Assembly: GCA_038227875.1 (NCBI GenBank)
Contig: JBBRPR010000039.1
Location: forward strand, 1-64,000
Direction: 5' to 3'
Length of the DNA: 64,000 bases
DNA from: Planctomycetota bacterium
GTDB taxonomy: Bacteria; Planctomycetota; SZUA-567; H5-PLA8
Part shown: in pieces, positions 1 to 9,578 of the stretch
How positions within the stretch are numbered: the stretch's first letter is position 1
Layout of the letters: every line of letters starts with the position of its first letter
Position numbers and translations under genes: made by a program
The notes under the pieces: generated by a model
The model's database searches: none
What the model was told of the DNA's origin: nothing
Seen by the model: only the letters and a program-made list of their open reading frames with translations

Positions 1-972
1 GCGCGGGAAATCTGCGGCACGGGTGAGCAGTTCCCGAACAAGCTCAACGCGCTGTGGGAAGTTCAGCCCATCCTCGCCAGCGCCATCCGCCGCGCATTGA
101 AGGAACGCGATCTGCGCAGCAACGATGAGCTCCGTCTGGAAGGCGCACGCGAAACGTGCGTACTCTTCAGCATCAACGATCTGAACGTCGACGATCCGCA
201 CGGCATGTACGTCGCGATGATGCACGACATCACCGATTACAAGAACATGCAGAATCTCGCCGAGCAACGCGAGCATCTCGCCCGTATCGGCGAAGCGGCG
301 GCAACGATCAACCATGAAATCAAGAATCTGCTCCACCCGATTCGACATCAGATGGATCGCCTGACGCGCGTCGACGTCACCGATCCCGCCGCGATTCAGA
401 AGGAACTCGGCCGCGCCACGGCCGTCGTCCCCGATCGGCTCACCGCATTGGAAACGATGCTGCGCAATTTGAATCATCTCGGCCGGCCGCTGGTGTTGAA
501 GCCCGTGCCCTTCGAGCTCGAATCGATGGTGCGCGCCGTCTGGAGCGAAGTGAGCGCGCGGGCACAACCCCATCCACCGGTTTTCACGCTACAGATCGGT
601 GTCGACGCCCACACGATCGTCGCGGATGCCAACTGGCTGCGACAGGTGCTGTATAATCTGCTCAGCAACGCCGCGGAGGCGACCGTCGGCTGCGCCAATC
701 CGCAAGTGGTGCTCCGCGCGGAATTCAACGCTGGCGTTTACACCCTGAAAATTCAAGACAATGGCCGAGGCCTTGAATCGCGGGATAAAGCAAAGTTGTT
801 CGAACCCTTCTATTCCACCAAAGGCGAGGCCGGAACCGGCCTGGGCCTAAGCGTCTGCCGCAAAATCGTCGAAGCCCACGGCGGCAGCATCACGATCACG
901 TCGGAAAACGGGACGACTGTAGTTGAAGTAACGCTGCCGCAACACGCTGGCGTAAACGAAGTAAAAATTTAG
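1..972 (+). CDS. Sensor histidine kinase (PAS-HisKA-HATPase), 5'-truncated by the window edge
   Basis: Frame open from base 1. PAS C-terminal 'HDIT', H-box 'INHEIKNLL', N-box 'QVLYNLLSNA', G1 'DNGRG', F 'LFEPFYSTK', G2 'GTGLGL'. Confidence 0.92.
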   Translation, partial: AREICGTGEQFPNKLNALWEVQPILASAIRRALKERDLRSNDELRLEGARETCVLFSINDLNVDDPHGMYVAMMHDITDYKNMQNLAEQREHLARIGEAAATINHEIKNLLHPIRHQMDRLTRVDVTDPAAIQKELGRATAVVPDRLTALETMLRNLNHLGRPLVLKPVPFELESMVRAVWSEVSARAQPHPPVFTLQIGVDAHTIVADANWLRQVLYNLLSNAAEATVGCANPQVVLRAEFNAGVYTLKIQDNGRGLESRDKAKLFEPFYSTKGEAGTGLGLSVCRKIVEAHGGSITITSENGTTVVEVTLPQHAGVNEVKI

Positions 973-2309
973 AGTCCGTAGTAACGGATCCGTGTCCGCA
1001 CCGTATTGCGGTGAACGCCGAGCACGCGGGCGGCTTCCGTCTGATTGCCATTGCATTGGCGCAGCACGCGGACCAGTTCCTCCTTCTCCGCGGTTTCAGA
1101 GTTTGGCGCGGTGGCGGATCCGGCGGTGCGCGCGGCGACAATTTCCGCGGGAAGATTACGCGGCAGCAATTCATCCTGGTGGGGATCCAGCAGCATCATC
1201 GCGCCTTCCAAAACATGCTTGAGCTCTCGGACGTTTCCCGGCCAGTCGTGATTCTGCTGCAGGTTGAGCGTGTCGGGATGGATGCGCAGCGGCTTGCGGC
1301 CCATGTCGGCGCTGAGCTTCGTGTTGAAGAAATCGACCAGCACGGGGATGTCGCCGGGTCGCGACTTCAGCGACGGAAGCAGCACCGCTGCGATGTTGAT
1401 GCGGAAAAACAAGTCCTCGCGGAACAACCCGTCGCTCACGCGCTTGCGCAGATCGCGATTGGTGGCGAAGACAAAGCGCGCTGCGCAATCGCGTTCTTTC
1501 GCTTCGCCCAGCGGCGTGAATTTGCGGTACTCCAGCACGCGCAGCAGGCTGGTCTGCTGTGTCAGCGGCATGTCGCCGATTTCGTCGAGGAAGATCGTGC
1601 CGTCTTCGGCGAGTTCGAATTTGCCGCGCACATTTTCGACCGCGCCGGTGAACGCGCCGCGCCGGTGGCCGAAGAGCTCCGAACTGAGCAGCGTTTCCGG
1701 AATCGCCGCACAGTTGACGCTGATAAACGGGCTGCTGCGGCGCTTGCTGCCGTAATGCAGCGCACGCGCCGCCAGTTCCTTACCCGTGCCGCTCTCGCCG
1801 CGCAGCAGCACGCAGCCTTCGGCATCGGCGAGTTTGCGGATCGTGTCGACCGCCGCGCGCATGTCGCTGCTCGTCCCGATCAGGCGTTCCAGCCCATTTT
1901 GTGCGCCGAGTTCCGTAAGCAGGTGCGTCTGCGAGCGTCGCAGGCGGCGGAGTTCAAGCGTTTTGTGAACGCGATTGAGCAGTTCTTCCGCGTTGAAAGG
2001 TTTGGCGACGTAATCGGAGGCGCCAAGCTTGATCGCCGCCACCACGCGGCTCAAATCCGTCGTCTCGCCCGTGAGCAGGATGACGTCGGTCTCCGGCGCT
2101 TCCGAGCGGATGCGCTGCAGCAGCGACAGGTCCGTGCAATCCGGAAAGCGCAGATCGAGCAGAATCAAATCCGGGCGCGCCTCGGTGACAACCTGCATCG
2201 TTGCTTTTGCAGTGTCCGCAAATACACAAGCAATCCCCGCATGTTCCAGCAGCTCGCGCAGATCGTCGCGAATGTATTTTTCGTCGTCGGCTACGAGTAC
2301 AGTGCTCAT
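969..2309 (-). CDS. Sigma-54-dependent response regulator (NtrC family: REC-AAA+-Fis HTH)
   Basis: Receiver 'VADDE...LLDL...KPF', Walker A 'GESGTGKE', intact 'GAFTGA', 'FLDEIG', 'WPGNVREL', C-terminal 'GNQTEAARVLGVHRNT'. Confidence 0.95.
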   Translation of the reverse strand: MSTVLVADDEKYIRDDLRELLEHAGIACVFADTAKATMQVVTEARPDLILLDLRFPDCTDLSLLQRIRSEAPETDVILLTGETTDLSRVVAAIKLGASDYVAKPFNAEELLNRVHKTLELRRLRRSQTHLLTELGAQNGLERLIGTSSDMRAAVDTIRKLADAEGCVLLRGESGTGKELAARALHYGSKRRSSPFISVNCAAIPETLLSSELFGHRRGAFTGAVENVRGKFELAEDGTIFLDEIGDMPLTQQTSLLRVLEYRKFTPLGEAKERDCAARFVFATNRDLRKRVSDGLFREDLFFRINIAAVLLPSLKSRPGDIPVLVDFFNTKLSADMGRKPLRIHPDTLNLQQNHDWPGNVRELKHVLEGAMMLLDPHQDELLPRNLPAEIVAARTAGSATAPNSETAEKEELVRVLRQCNGNQTEAARVLGVHRNTVRTRIRYYGL

Positions 2310-2330
2310 AGGAATTTAAGGGCCTTAAGA

Positions 2331-2436
2331 GAGTCATTGGTCAATTACGAGGAGCGTTATGTAGCGTCACATATCCTGACTTCACTCCTCGTAAATGACA
2401 GATGATAAATGACCGATGCCCAATGACCAATGACTC
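2331..2436. repeat. Two-armed heptamer inverted-repeat element, TTGGTCA/CAATGAC family (copy 1)
   Basis: Left arm gagtcattggtcaattacgaggag. Right arm ctcctcgtaaatgac...caatgaccaatgactc. Related copies at 11526 and 61825. Confidence 0.85.
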
Positions 2437-2439
2437 CGT

Positions 2440-4104
2440 TTAGTGTCCCTCGCCTTCCTCCGTGATGATACCCCAATGCGCGATCAGGAACATGCCGCCC
2501 ATCGCCAAATAGCCAATGGCCCACGGCCACGACGGCGTGCCGAGGGACTGAATGGAATCGGCGACGGCCCAATGGTACGAGTGAATCATACCGCACGCGG
2601 AGAGCGCCGCGGCTACCGCGCACCAGATTGCGGCGACGAGAAACTTTCGTTCGATCACGCCGACGGTTGCGGCGGCGAGGATCATTGCGGTAAAGATAAA
2701 TCCTTGTTCCAGCGCAAACGCGCCGTGAATGTAAACGTCTTTGAACGAGAAGCCTTTCGTGAGGTGCGCGAGCATCGCCGGATCGTCGCCGCCGAGCGTG
2801 GCGTCTTTTGCGCCGCTGACGGCCACGGCGAAAAGCGCCGCGGTCACGCCGGCTTTGGCCATGAACGCTCCCCACGCCGCGACGCCGGGCAGCAATCCGA
2901 CGACCACCGCCGGCGCATGGTTGCGCGGCACGGCGTCGAAGGCCTGCGCGGTGATCACGATGCCGATCCAGAGCACAATCGCCATCCCCGCTTCAATCGG
3001 CACGTAATGCGCCACGATCGCCAGCGAGCCGGTCAGACACATCAGCGTCAGGACCGCTCCGTTGAGCACTGAATACCCCGCGCGCGCGCCCATCGATTTC
3101 CAGCCGGGATGGCCGATGTAGATCGTGGTCGGAAAGCACGAGCCGAATAGCGTCGCCGCGAGACTGCCCACACCATTGGCCAGCAGCGATGGCAGCGTCG
3201 GGTACGCATCGCCGGCGGCTTCCGCCGATTCGATGTTCTGCAGCGAACCGACCACGTTGAAAATTCCCATCGGAATGATCACGGAGAGATACTGGATCAT
3301 GTAGGGATGTTTGAAGGCTTCGAGCAGCTCACCGATCACCGGAATCGGGAGATGCAGGCTCAGCTGCAATCCGGTTTCGGGCAGCGCGGGCGTCGGCACT
3401 TTCGTGATCCAGGCGATCGCCGTGCCGATCAGCACCGCGACCAGGCCGCCGGGGATGCCAAACTTGAATTTCACGCGGCCGAAGTAAATCAGCAGAATGA
3501 TGCCCAGCGTGGAAAGGCCGACTTCCGGAAAGGCGTACGCGCGGAAAAAGAAGCCCAGCGCAATGAACGTCAGCGCGATGCCGGCGAGCGTGGAGAGCAG
3601 TGCCGCGCGCGGCGTGGCGCGGCGGATGTGTTCGGCGAAAAACGCGCCGACGCCTTCGATCACCGCCGAGCCGAGGCAGGCGATCAGGCCGGCGTGCCAG
3701 GCGATGACGTCGGGGTTGGGCAGGTTCTGCGATTGCGCCGCGAGTTTCGCCGGGAGCATCACCAGAAAAACATGGCCGAAGACGGAGAGCGTGTTGATGC
3801 CGTACGGCAGCGCGCAGATGTCCGCGCGTCCGGTTTCGCGCGAGAGCTTGCGCGCCTGCCACGAATAAAAGACGTTGCCGACGAAAACCGAAATCGCCGC
3901 GCCGGGCAGAATGCGGCCGAAGACCAGTTCATCCGAAAAACCGAGGATCACTTTGCACAGCGAGGCGATCAGCAGGAGCTGGATCAGGTTGTCGAGGGCC
4001 AGGCCGAAAAAGCCATCGATGTCGCCGCGCACGATCCAGGGCATCGCAGAGCCCGGCGGCAAGGTCGAACGGGGTCCAGAAGCAGGCGTGGCGGTCGCCG
4101 ACAT
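2440..4104 (-). CDS. NCS2/AzgA-like nucleobase permease
   Basis: Many TM helices. '[13 protein letters not shown]', 'ALPYGIN', '[10 protein letters not shown]', '[22 protein letters not shown]'. Confidence 0.85.
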   Translation of the reverse strand: MSATATPASGPRSTLPPGSAMPWIVRGDIDGFFGLALDNLIQLLLIASLCKVILGFSDELVFGRILPGAAISVFVGNVFYSWQARKLSRETGRADICALPYGINTLSVFGHVFLVMLPAKLAAQSQNLPNPDVIAWHAGLIACLGSAVIEGVGAFFAEHIRRATPRAALLSTLAGIALTFIALGFFFRAYAFPEVGLSTLGIILLIYFGRVKFKFGIPGGLVAVLIGTAIAWITKVPTPALPETGLQLSLHLPIPVIGELLEAFKHPYMIQYLSVIIPMGIFNVVGSLQNIESAEAAGDAYPTLPSLLANGVGSLAATLFGSCFPTTIYIGHPGWKSMGARAGYSVLNGAVLTLMCLTGSLAIVAHYVPIEAGMAIVLWIGIVITAQAFDAVPRNHAPAVVVGLLPGVAAWGAFMAKAGVTAALFAVAVSGAKDATLGGDDPAMLAHLTKGFSFKDVYIHGAFALEQGFIFTAMILAAATVGVIERKFLVAAIWCAVAAALSACGMIHSYHWAVADSIQSLGTPSWPWAIGYLAMGGMFLIAHWGIITEEGEGH

Positions 4105-4193
4105 GCGCGCAATCTCGCAGAGTGGGATCGAGAGACTGTAACGCGGATTTTATTTTTACGAATTGAAAGTCGGCGTGGACGATCAAGAAAAAC

Positions 4194-4221
4194 AAAAAAC
4201 CGCGCTGCAATGCGCGGTTTT
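4194..4221 (-). terminator. Rho-independent terminator after tatA
   Basis: aaaaccgcgc-tgcaat-gcgcggtttt hairpin with a U tract on the minus strand. Confidence 0.75.
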
Positions 4222-4244
4222 GAGCAATCTGGTTTTTCGAAAAC

Positions 4245-4484
4245 TTACTGCTTCGGCGCTGTCGGTGTGGTGCTCTGCTGAACCGCGGGCGGCTGAGCAG
4301 GCTGGGCCGGCGGCGTCTGCGCGTTCAGGTCGTTCTCGCCGTCCTTGACGCCCTTCTTGAACTCACTAACGCTGCTACCCAGGGAGCGGGCAACACTCGG
4401 CAACTTGTGGCCAAACAGCAGGATCGCGATGAACAACACGACGACCAGCGTGACCGGACTTTCAATCATTCCCAGTGTAAGCAT
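4245..4484 (-). CDS. tatA: Twin-arginine translocase subunit TatA/E
   Basis: 'ILLFGHKLPSVARSLGSSVSEFKKG'. Start reassigned to ATG 4484 after a GGAGG RBS. Confidence 0.93.
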   Translation of the reverse strand: MLTLGMIESPVTLVVVLFIAILLFGHKLPSVARSLGSSVSEFKKGVKDGENDLNAQTPPAQPAQPPAVQQSTTPTAPKQ

Positions 4485-4570
4485 GGCAAAAACCTCCACC
4501 CCTCGTAACCGTGTATACCACATGTGCTTGGGAATGACAAATAATTCCGAAACACGCTTTTTGAGGCTAA

Positions 4571-5713
4571 TTACTTCTTCTGCGCAATCACCGATTCAAC
4601 CTCGTCGGTCCACATGGCCCGCTCCTGCGCGTCGGTCTCGGCGGCGTCAAGGATGCCGACGAGTTTCTCCAACAGCAGGCGCCGCGCCTGCTCTTTGACA
4701 TCGGCCGGGCGCACGGCCGTGTCGATCAGGTTGACGATGTCCCCCGCCCCGCGTGAACCAATCTGGCGCTGCGCAAGGGACTGCGCGAGCTTGTGGGCCA
4801 GCGTCTTGCGCTGGTCGGCCGTCGGCGCCTGGCTGGCGTCCAGCCAGTAGACTTCCAGGAAGACGCGGATCTTCTCTTCGCCCACTTCCGGCGTCACGTC
4901 GCCGCGCTGAACGGCGCGGAAAATCTCTTCGCCGGGATTGGACGTCCGCGCGTTCTTCTGACCCGGCAAGATCACCACTTCCGCCGTCATCCCCGGCACG
5001 GCGACTTCGGCGGCGGGAGGTTTCGCCGTTTCGGGCGCGGGCGTGGCTGGAGCAGCATTTCGATCGGGCGGCGGAGCGAGCGGCTGAATCGAGAGCGGCG
5101 GAATCGGCATGCTCGTCTCGTACTTGTCGTGAGCGAACGTCGGATTGAAGTAATCGACGCTGGGAATCGCCGGCTTCGACGTCGATTCCGGAGCATCGAA
5201 CGCCGCGGCTTCCTGTGTGGGTGTTGGCGACGCCGGTGCCGGAGCGGGAGCTGCAGTGACCGCGCGCGTGGGAACATCCGGTGGCTCATGCTTGGTGATG
5301 TCCGCGATCACCATGTTCAGCGCCCGTTCGCTCCAGGCACGGTTGCCGAAGCGGGAGTATTCAAAACTGAGCGCCGTGACGGTGGGGTCGGTGTCGGGAA
5401 CGATTTCGCATTCCACGCGCCGCAGGTGCTTCTTGCCCTTCAGCGTCTGGCCTTCGCGCGGGATCGATCCGGCAAAGCGTTCCACACGGAAGCCGTCTTC
5501 GTCCAGCAGCCGGTAGATCAGCTCGCGCAGGTCTGTAGCGCTCATGCGGATCCGCGCGGTGGCGAATTTCTCGCCGCGATTGACATCCAGAATGTGCTTG
5601 GTGGTAGACGTGACCGGACCGTCTTCCGCCAGAGACGGAAGCGCGCAGGCCATGACAATCAGAGTGGCTGCAGCGACGCGCTGCAGAGCTGGAAACAGCA
5701 TGCCGTCCCCCAC
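4571..5713 (-). CDS. Hypothetical exported protein with Pro/Ala-rich linker
   Basis: Signal-peptide-like N-terminus ('ALPSLA-ED') and genome-like codon bias. Start may be 5701. Confidence 0.7.
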   Translation of the reverse strand: MGDGMLFPALQRVAAATLIVMACALPSLAEDGPVTSTTKHILDVNRGEKFATARIRMSATDLRELIYRLLDEDGFRVERFAGSIPREGQTLKGKKHLRRVECEIVPDTDPTVTALSFEYSRFGNRAWSERALNMVIADITKHEPPDVPTRAVTAAPAPAPASPTPTQEAAAFDAPESTSKPAIPSVDYFNPTFAHDKYETSMPIPPLSIQPLAPPPDRNAAPATPAPETAKPPAAEVAVPGMTAEVVILPGQKNARTSNPGEEIFRAVQRGDVTPEVGEEKIRVFLEVYWLDASQAPTADQRKTLAHKLAQSLAQRQIGSRGAGDIVNLIDTAVRPADVKEQARRLLLEKLVGILDAAETDAQERAMWTDEVESVIAQKK

Positions 5714-5843
5714 GGAGGGCTTGTTGATACGCTTAAAAAACCTGGATCAATCTAATATCGGCAAGACGCGCGAACAACCGCAGGCTTCACGTTAAAGACA
5801 GGATGAGTTGGGAAGGTTAAGCACGTGGTGCTACGGAGTCGGG

Positions 5844-6065
5844 TTATCGTTTGCGTCTCAAAATCGCCTTCATCTCGTCGTCGGAGACTTGCCACCGGTC
5901 GCGTAGCGTCGCCATGATTTTCCCGGCGCGCATCACCGCGTAGTAGTTTCCGGGAGCGGACGTGACGACCGGCTTCAGGCGTTTGAGCTCCGTGATCAGC
6001 TCGTTCTTCTGATCCGGTGGTTCCTGCGGCGTCCATGCGTTTTTTTGCAATGTAGTCGTAGTCAT
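5844..6065 (-). CDS. Small basic hypothetical protein (73 aa)
   Basis: ATG 5 nt after the upstream small-ORF stop, with an AGGA RBS. Confidence 0.65.
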   Translation of the reverse strand: MTTTTLQKNAWTPQEPPDQKNELITELKRLKPVVTSAPGNYYAVMRAGKIMATLRDRWQVSDDEMKAILRRKR

Positions 6066-6070
6066 CGTTC

Positions 6071-6202
6071 CTATCGTTTCAACATGAAGTAAAGTGCGAT
6101 TCCCAAGGCAACCAGCACCAGAAATTCGATCGTGTGAAAAATCCTGCCTTTAAACTTTTTCCGCCGCAGAGCGTCTTCGAGTGTTCGAATGGTGGTAGCC
6201 AT
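6071..6202 (-). CDS. Small single-TM membrane protein (43 aa), not in ORF track
   Basis: MATTIRTLEDALRRKKFKGRIFHTIEFLVLVALGIALYFMLKR*. GAAGG RBS; operon spacing with 5844-6065. Confidence 0.65.
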   Translation of the reverse strand: MATTIRTLEDALRRKKFKGRIFHTIEFLVLVALGIALYFMLKR

Positions 6203-6310
6203 GACGAGCCTTCTTTCCAGTCCGTTCAGACGGTCGATTCACAGTGGCGTGCTCCGGATGTGCAAGTACGTCGTTAAATCCCACATCTACATCTTCCATA
6301 CAACCACATA

Positions 6311-6327
6311 AGCACTGGCCACGCCAA
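6311..6327 (-). promoter_or_regulatory. Putative sigma-54 (-24/-12) promoter
   Basis: Minus strand TTGGCGTGGCCAGTGCT has GG-N10-GC spacing, upstream of the small-protein pair. Confidence 0.5.
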
Positions 6328-6614
6328 TCCTGCTTGATAGTAACTTCTTTGGTAAACAGAAGATATATGTCGAAGGGAGAGTCGACCGTGTAGGGAAGCC
6401 CAACATCCTGTTCGCCGATCGAACAGCTGTGATTTAGGAATCGACGCGGGGTCTATTTTCCGTTATAAAAGGAGCTACCGAATCAAAACGCACGGCGTCA
6501 CCCCGCTTCAGCGCGTTCTCTTTTTGAACGACTGCCCAAACTCAGGCAGTCGGAAAAGGAGCGTCGCGAAAAGGGAGCTCTGTGCGTGTGCATGAGTTAC
6601 ACGAATTACGCCAC

Positions 6615-6631
6615 TTGGCATATTCGATGCA
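6615..6631 (+). promoter_or_regulatory. Putative sigma-54 (-24/-12) promoter
   Basis: TTGGCATATTCGATGCA has GG-N10-GC spacing, about 65 nt upstream of ATG 6695. Confidence 0.55.
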
Positions 6632-6694
6632 TAATGAATCGGCAGTTACCGTGAACAGTGTGTGGAATCTCATTTTGCCAGGAGGAGTACTGCA

Positions 6695-7588
6695 ATGAAA
6701 AAGTTTGTGTTGTGTGCAATGGTTCTGTATTCGTGCGTGGCTCTCGCAGCGGATCTGCATGTTCCCGAAGACATCATCGGCGCGCAGACGGTCGCGATCG
6801 TCAATTTGAACGTCTCCAGCATCAAACCCGATCAGCTGGTCAAGACGATGACCGACATCATGGGCAAGGCTCCGGAAGCCGGCCAGGCTGATCAGCTCAA
6901 GGATTTCCTCGGCAAGTTCACCGGCGCGGGCGGCAAGAGCATCAGTATCGTCGCCAATGGCAGCAAGGACACCAATGCCGTGAAGTCCGGCGACACCGCC
7001 GTCGTCGTGATTGAATTGGCCGAAGGCGCCGACGTAGCGAAGTTCACCGAATTCGCGAACGCCGCGCTGGGCTTCCTCAAGGAAGGTTCCGCCCCGGAAT
7101 GCCCGAAGGCGTTCGGCAACAAGATGGTTTACTACAGCAAGAATTTCAAGCTGCCGGCCAAGAGCAAGGAACGGGCTGACACGTTCTCCGTGGCGCATGG
7201 CGAAGTCGCTGAAGACCAGCTGCTCTCCGTCGTCTTCGTTCCCGACGATAGCGTGACAGACACCACGAAGCAGAACCTCAAACCGGAAGACGCCGAAGTC
7301 GTCAACGCCATCATCGGCGGCGGCGGTGTCTGCCTGTTCTCCAACTTCGGCGTATCCGATGCCCCGACGCTGAAGCTCCTGGTCCTCGCCGCTGACGCCA
7401 AGGGCGCCGAAGCGATCAACAAAGCCGTGGAAACGGGTCTGGCCGCACTGAAGAAGGACGCCCCCCCGCAGCTCAAGACGCTCCTCGACGGCCTCAAGCT
7501 CGCTCAGGCCGGCACCAACGTTCAGGCCACGATCAACATCATCGAATGGGCCAAGATCGGCGTGGAACTGTCGGGCATGAAGCCGTAA
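6695..7588 (+). CDS. Hypothetical exported protein
   Basis: GGAGGAG RBS, signal peptide 'MKKFVLCAMVLYSCVALA-AD', strong codon bias, own terminator. Confidence 0.85.
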   Translation: MKKFVLCAMVLYSCVALAADLHVPEDIIGAQTVAIVNLNVSSIKPDQLVKTMTDIMGKAPEAGQADQLKDFLGKFTGAGGKSISIVANGSKDTNAVKSGDTAVVVIELAEGADVAKFTEFANAALGFLKEGSAPECPKAFGNKMVYYSKNFKLPAKSKERADTFSVAHGEVAEDQLLSVVFVPDDSVTDTTKQNLKPEDAEVVNAIIGGGGVCLFSNFGVSDAPTLKLLVLAADAKGAEAINKAVETGLAALKKDAPPQLKTLLDGLKLAQAGTNVQATINIIEWAKIGVELSGMKP

Positions 7589-7611
7589 GTCAATTCAATG
7601 CAGCAGGCAAC

Positions 7612-7652
7612 AAAGAAGCGGCAGGGAATACTTCCCTGCCGCTTCTTTTTTT
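7612..7652 (+). terminator. Rho-independent terminator
   Basis: aagaagcggcaggga/tccctgccgcttctt stem followed by a T run. Confidence 0.9.
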
Positions 7653-7697
7653 AATCTGCTCGTTTCAGTTTATTCGACATTCGACATTCCTTTTTTC

Positions 7698-8540
7698 CTA
7701 GCTTCCCCGGTGCGCGCGCACAAACTCCCGCGGCGACAGTCCTGTCGCTTGCTTGAACACCGCCGAAAAATGATGCGGCTGACCATAGCCCACCGCCTGG
7801 CCGATCTGCTTGATGCTCAGGTCGCCCTGCCGCAGCAGTTCCCGGGCGCGATTGATGCGCACGCTGCGGACGTACACCGCCGGCGTAAACCCCGTCCGGT
7901 CGCGGAAGACACGCGCGAAATGAAACGGACTTAAGTTCGCCGCGCGCGCCAGGTCGGCCAGCGCGATCGGGTCCCTGAGATGGTCGAGCACAAACTGCTG
8001 CGCCGCATGAATGCCGCCGCGGCCGACCTTGTCGCGGTTGCTGCCGCTGACCGCGCGTTCCAGCACCGCGAACAATTTCCAGAGCAGCGCTGCCGCGACG
8101 TGATTGGCGCGATCGCCGTCGGTGTGCAGCGACGTCTGCAATTCCTCAACAATCGGCTGCGCTTCAAAACACAGCGGCACATGTGTCACGCCATTGAGCC
8201 CCATCATGGTCCACAGTTGCCTTGCCCAGCGGCCGTCGTACTCAATCCAGCGCCCTTCCCAGAAACCGTCCTTCACGTCGCACCAATATTGGTAAGGCTT
8301 GTCCTTGGGCATTAGCCAGACAGAGCCGGCCTGGGCCAACGAGCGCTCGCCGGCGATCACGCCGGTCGACGCGCCGTCGATGGTGTAAATCAGATGTTCC
8401 ACCGAGTGCCCCGCGGACCGGTCGAGCGTGAATCCATTGAACGCCTTGTAGTGCCCGATCGAGTGAACAAACAGGAGTTCCGCGTCGGCCGGTTTGGGCG
8501 CCGTATAGTGAACACGATAGGTTTCGAAGACTTTGGCCAT
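7698..8540 (-). CDS. AraC family transcriptional regulator
   Basis: N-terminal cupin-like region. 'LADLARAANLSPFHFARVF' and 'IGQAVGYGQPHHFSAVFKQATGLSPREF'. Confidence 0.95.
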   Translation of the reverse strand: MAKVFETYRVHYTAPKPADAELLFVHSIGHYKAFNGFTLDRSAGHSVEHLIYTIDGASTGVIAGERSLAQAGSVWLMPKDKPYQYWCDVKDGFWEGRWIEYDGRWARQLWTMMGLNGVTHVPLCFEAQPIVEELQTSLHTDGDRANHVAAALLWKLFAVLERAVSGSNRDKVGRGGIHAAQQFVLDHLRDPIALADLARAANLSPFHFARVFRDRTGFTPAVYVRSVRINRARELLRQGDLSIKQIGQAVGYGQPHHFSAVFKQATGLSPREFVRAHRGS

Positions 8541-8661
8541 TCAACAGCCACAGTAGCAAGATTCTGTAAGTATTCAGCAATAAATGGTACAGATTAGCCC
8601 GTCGTGCAGCGCTCCGGAGCGGGTATCCTCCTATATCACTCAACTTCGGAGAACATCTCAC

Positions 8662-9381
8662 ATGGCATACACGCAAGAAATGAAAGAGCTCTTTGAAGAG
8701 CAAGGATACTACGTCGCGAAAGGCGTCTTCTCGCCTCGCGAAGCCGCGCTGATGCGCGACCACTTCATGGCCAAACGCGCAGAAGGCCCCAAGCCCGGCG
8801 ACATGGGTGGCGACAAAACCAAATCCGCCTCCGATCCGCTCAACCTCTATCCCCGCATGATCAACATGCACAACTGGGACGAGAAGACCAACGCGTGGCA
8901 GAAAGACAACCGGCTGGTGAAGCTCGCCGGTCATCTGATTGGCGACGACGTGCTGCTCTGTCAGACGATGCTCTATTTCAAGCCGCCCGGCGCGCGTGGC
9001 CAGGCCTTTCATCAGGACAATCAGTACATCCGCAAGTTCCCGATCATCGCCGCGTGGGCCGCGCTGGATGACTGCGATACCGCCAACGGCCAGATGGTGG
9101 TGATCCCCGGCTCCAACAAGATGGGCATCCTTCCCGTCCAACCCGCCAACCGCGAAATCTCGTTCACCAACGGACAGTCGTACATTCCGGAAGGCTCGAA
9201 GGAAGTCGGCGTCGACATGAAAGCCGGCGACGTCCTGTTCTTCGGTGGTTTCACCATTCACGGTTCGTACCCGAACACCACCAAGGACCGCTTCCGCCGC
9301 GCTTTCATCACACACTACTACGGCGCCCACACCGAAGAACTCCCCGTCGACGCCGCCACGAACATGGCCTCGATTGGGTAA
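8662..9381 (+). CDS. Phytanoyl-CoA dioxygenase (PhyH) family Fe/2OG oxygenase
   Basis: 'FEEQGYYV', HxD 'FHQD', 'HGSYPN', 'RRA'. Start reassigned to ATG 8662. Confidence 0.92.
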   Translation: MAYTQEMKELFEEQGYYVAKGVFSPREAALMRDHFMAKRAEGPKPGDMGGDKTKSASDPLNLYPRMINMHNWDEKTNAWQKDNRLVKLAGHLIGDDVLLCQTMLYFKPPGARGQAFHQDNQYIRKFPIIAAWAALDDCDTANGQMVVIPGSNKMGILPVQPANREISFTNGQSYIPEGSKEVGVDMKAGDVLFFGGFTIHGSYPNTTKDRFRRAFITHYYGAHTEELPVDAATNMASIG

Positions 9382-9404
9382 ACGGCGAGAATTGAGAACT
9401 GAGG

Positions 9405-9436
9405 AAAACGCGCCGCTTTCAGCGGCGCGTTTTTAT
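9405..9436 (+). terminator. Rho-independent terminator
   Basis: aaaacgcgccgct-ttc-agcggcgcgttttt. Confidence 0.85.
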
Positions 9437-9578
9437 TCGCCATTCCAATTTGCGCCATTCAACATTTTTTTGAACCACTTGCCTACCGGCCGTACCTATA
9501 CTCACGGATGAAGTGAAGGGGACCCTATGGATAGCTGCCCATGGGGTTAGAAAACAACACTCGGCACGGGTACACGCG

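Noticed and set aside
6203..6694. Riboswitch or ncRNA in the long intergenic gap
   Set aside because: Only short hairpins and no aptamer consensus I can recognise. An Rfam/Infernal search would be needed.
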